The translations under genes and the position numbers were made by a program. 56,958 nt of DNA from Bacteroidales bacterium (GTDB lineage: Bacteria > Bacteroidota > Bacteroidia > Bacteroidales > P3), in NCBI GenBank assembly GCA_009777915.1, contig WRKV01000001.1, positions 1 to 56,958 of the forward strand. Direction: 5' to 3'. The stretch's first letter is position 1, and the number at the start of each line of letters is the position of its first letter. Below the pieces are notes generated by a model. It was not told the origin of the DNA, made no database searches, and worked only from the letters and a program-made list of their open reading frames with translations. Shown here piece by piece: positions 55,154-56,958 of the stretch.

Positions 55154-56764
55154 ATGAAAAAAATCACCCTAACCTTAATCCTTGTCGCAAGTTTTGCAAC
55201 CCAAAGTTTTGCGTATTGTCCTATTCCGCAATGGTGTCCTGACGCCCCTTTGCATCAAATTCTCTGCCCTGGCGAGTCAATAGATGATATCGTATTTCCT
55301 TCGGTAATAGCTAAAACCCTGATCGTCACTTGGTGGACGAACGAGACACGCATCCATTCTTTTGAAAATCCTCCTCCGGGCATCACGGTTTCGGGCGACG
55401 CCTCGACTCCGCTCGGCGACCGGGAATACGCGTTTCCTGTTTCCATTAAAGGAGCACCAACAAATGCCGGCACCTACCACTATACCGTGAGCAATACCTG
55501 CGGCGTAGAGTTACTACACGGCAGCATCACTTTGGCACCACCAATACCTGCCACACCCGGAACCATAGCGTTTAGCAACAATCCTGTTTGCACGGGAGCT
55601 GAGTTTACAGCGAGCATTGCTGCTGTGAGCGGTGCAGCGACCTATAATTGGACTGTTCCGGGAAGTATGACCCACGACGGCAGCGATGGCACCACCATCG
55701 ACATTACCAATGCAGGCACTACAACAGGCAGTTTGGCTATTTCGGTAACGGCAAGCAACGCTTGTGGCACAAGTGCTCCAAGCACGCAAAATATCACCGT
55801 TAACGCAGCACCTACTATCGGCAACGTTACTCCCACAGGCGACCAAACCACAACGCAAAACGTCGCCTTTGCATCTACGCTCACCGTCAGTCCGCTACCC
55901 GCAGGCACTCCAACGCCTACTATTCAGTGGTATTCGAGCACATCGGCGAGCAGTGCAGCAGGAACAAGCGGCACAGCCGTGAGCGGAGCCACAGGCAACA
56001 CTTTCGATCCGCCAAATGATGTTGTAAACACCGACGGTGTATTCTACTATGCAGTAGCAACCAACTCTTGTGGAACGGCAACAACGGCTAATACCAGCGG
56101 AAAGCATATTGTGACCATGCCGCCACCACGCGGCTGCGATTTTGTGAATAGAGACAGTGCAAGAATCCTTTCGGGAGGTCCCGTAACAGATACTGTATGG
56201 ACTATTCCGGCTCGTGCAGGTGTGGCATCGCAGACCTGGTCGGATTTGGTTGTTTCGCCGCAATGCAACAAAACTGCCTATAACGGTGGATCATCTAGCA
56301 ACTTTATTTCGGATTGTAGAAACAACTCTACGCTTGTTGGTGCTACCAATGCGTTTCCGGGGCATTACTTTTCGTGGTGTGCGGTGATGCAGTATGCGGA
56401 TATTCTTTGTCCGGGTGATTGGCGAGTGCCAACAGCTGAGGATTTTCAAAATTTGTTTACGCTCATGGGTGGCACCACCAGTCGCAATCCATCCACAGTA
56501 ATCGACGGTCAATCTTACACTTCCGGCACCAATGCAGCTAATACTGCAGCAACCCACGTTCCTCGTGGCGGAACCTGGGGGGGCTCCCGCTTTACTGCGA
56601 GCGCGAGCTTTCTGACGGATGAGCGTTCGAGCTACTGGTCGTCCTCAGAGCAGAGCATCGCGAATGGGTTCGTCCTGACCTACGCTGGGTTGAGTCTCGT
56701 CCCGTACCACTACAACCCTAAGAATAACGGGTTCGCCCTGCGGTGTGTGAGGGATGTGCCATAG
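55154..56764 (+). CDS. secreted multi-Ig/PKD-like repeat protein with C-terminal FISUMP (TIGR02145-like) domain
   Basis: 536 aa with a signal peptide. Cys-containing Ig/PKD-like repeats (..ATYNWTVPG..ASNACGTS.., ..FYYAVATNSCGTA..). C-terminal CPGDWRVPTAEDFQNL ... NNGFALRCVRDVP. Confidence 0.8.
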   Translation: MKKITLTLILVASFATQSFAYCPIPQWCPDAPLHQILCPGESIDDIVFPSVIAKTLIVTWWTNETRIHSFENPPPGITVSGDASTPLGDREYAFPVSIKGAPTNAGTYHYTVSNTCGVELLHGSITLAPPIPATPGTIAFSNNPVCTGAEFTASIAAVSGAATYNWTVPGSMTHDGSDGTTIDITNAGTTTGSLAISVTASNACGTSAPSTQNITVNAAPTIGNVTPTGDQTTTQNVAFASTLTVSPLPAGTPTPTIQWYSSTSASSAAGTSGTAVSGATGNTFDPPNDVVNTDGVFYYAVATNSCGTATTANTSGKHIVTMPPPRGCDFVNRDSARILSGGPVTDTVWTIPARAGVASQTWSDLVVSPQCNKTAYNGGSSSNFISDCRNNSTLVGATNAFPGHYFSWCAVMQYADILCPGDWRVPTAEDFQNLFTLMGGTTSRNPSTVIDGQSYTSGTNAANTAATHVPRGGTWGGSRFTASASFLTDERSSYWSSSEQSIANGFVLTYAGLSLVPYHYNPKNNGFALRCVRDVP

Positions 56765-56845
56765 TGGATAGTGATTAGTGAATAGTGATTAGTAGGGGCG
56801 AGGCATGCGTCGCCCGATAGTGATTAGTGATTAGTGAATAGCGAA
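56762..56845 (+). repeat. heptamer arrays TAGTGGA/TAGTGAT/TAGTGAA starting at the stop codon, interrupted by GC-rich palindromic element copy d (56793-56819)
   Basis: Read directly as TAGTGGA TAGTGAT TAGTGAA TAGTGAT TAG-GGGCGAGGCATGCGTCGCCCG-A TAGTGAT TAGTGAT TAGTGAA TAGCGAA. Confidence 0.85.
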
Positions 56846-56846
56846 A

Positions 56847-56924
56847 CGTCATTGCGAGGGCAACGCCCGAAGCAATCCACAATAGCAAATAGATTGCTTC
56901 GCCACTGCGTGGCTCGCAATGACG
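56847..56924. repeat. nested hairpin (outer arms cgtcattgcgag/ctcgcaatgacg, inner arms cgaagcaatc/gattgcttcg)
   Basis: Both arm pairs are exact reverse complements. Contains the complement of GGCGAAGC at 56896-56903. Confidence 0.75.
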
Positions 56925-56958
56925 GTAAATCGTAAATCCGTAAATTGTAAATTGAATT
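56925..56958. repeat. GTAAATC/GTAAATT heptad words; inverted copy of 281-315; truncated by the window edge
   Basis: The reverse complement, aattcaatttacaatttacggatttacgatttac, differs from gaattcaatttacgatttacggatttacgatttac at one position. Confidence 0.8.

Overview
This is a low-GC, gene-dense chromosomal segment from a Bacteroidota genome of the T9SS/gliding type. I can support 47 protein genes and 6 tRNAs.

**Housekeeping content**
- anmK-murF-gldJ-porP/sprF.
- A glycogen operon: debranching enzyme, GT4 synthase and GH57.
- ftsE, tig-clpP, gyrB, mscL, manA, pepA, a MurF-Alr fusion and mtaB.
- The classical tRNA-Thr/Tyr/Gly/Thr-tuf-tRNA-Trp operon.
- rpsF-rpsR-rplI, a membrane pyrophosphatase and hutU.
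- Almost every transcription unit is preceded by a Bacteroidetes-type TAnnTTTG (-7) box and an A/C-rich leader without a Shine-Dalgarno sequence.

**Accessory content**
- A phage-tail-fibre-like surface protein with a peptidase-S74 chaperone domain. It is co-operonic with a small T9SS-CTD protein and ftsE.
- An OprO/P-like porin followed by two lamin-tail-domain (LTD) proteins, with a mazF module wedged between them.
- Two further toxin-antitoxin-like pairs: DUF4160/DUF2442 and DUF6922/AbiEii.
- A tandem pair of CYTH (triphosphate-tunnel) genes followed by a DASS symporter and a DUF4010/MgtC-like membrane protein.
- Two paralogous FISUMP-domain (Fibrobacter succinogenes major paralogous domain) lipoprotein genes, one at each window edge, in inverted orientation.

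**Most noteworthy observations**
1. Both FISUMP genes carry a homologous structured 5' leader of about 190 nt. It consists of a promoter, a 2-codon mini-ORF, a long hairpin and an intrinsic terminator. Two of its helices show compensatory base changes between the copies. It is a candidate attenuator, riboswitch or sRNA that I cannot assign to a known family.
2. Both FISUMP genes end in a GC3/NNC-rich 3' island followed by structured repeats. This resembles a diversity-generating retroelement (DGR) variable region, but no reverse transcriptase or template repeat is in the window.
3. A palindromic element of about 28 bp (consensus TAGGGGCGAGGCATGCCTCGCCCCTACA) occurs four times. One copy lies in-frame inside hutU.
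4. Heptamer arrays (TAGTGAw, TAAATAG) start exactly at gene stop codons and carry stops in all three frames.
5. The GH57 enzyme carries 11 perfect-period 30-nt repeats encoding a histone-H1-like KKAAPAKKVV tail.

**Caveats**
No transposase, integrase, CRISPR array or rRNA was seen. Coordinates of small motifs were counted by hand and may be off by 1-3 nt.
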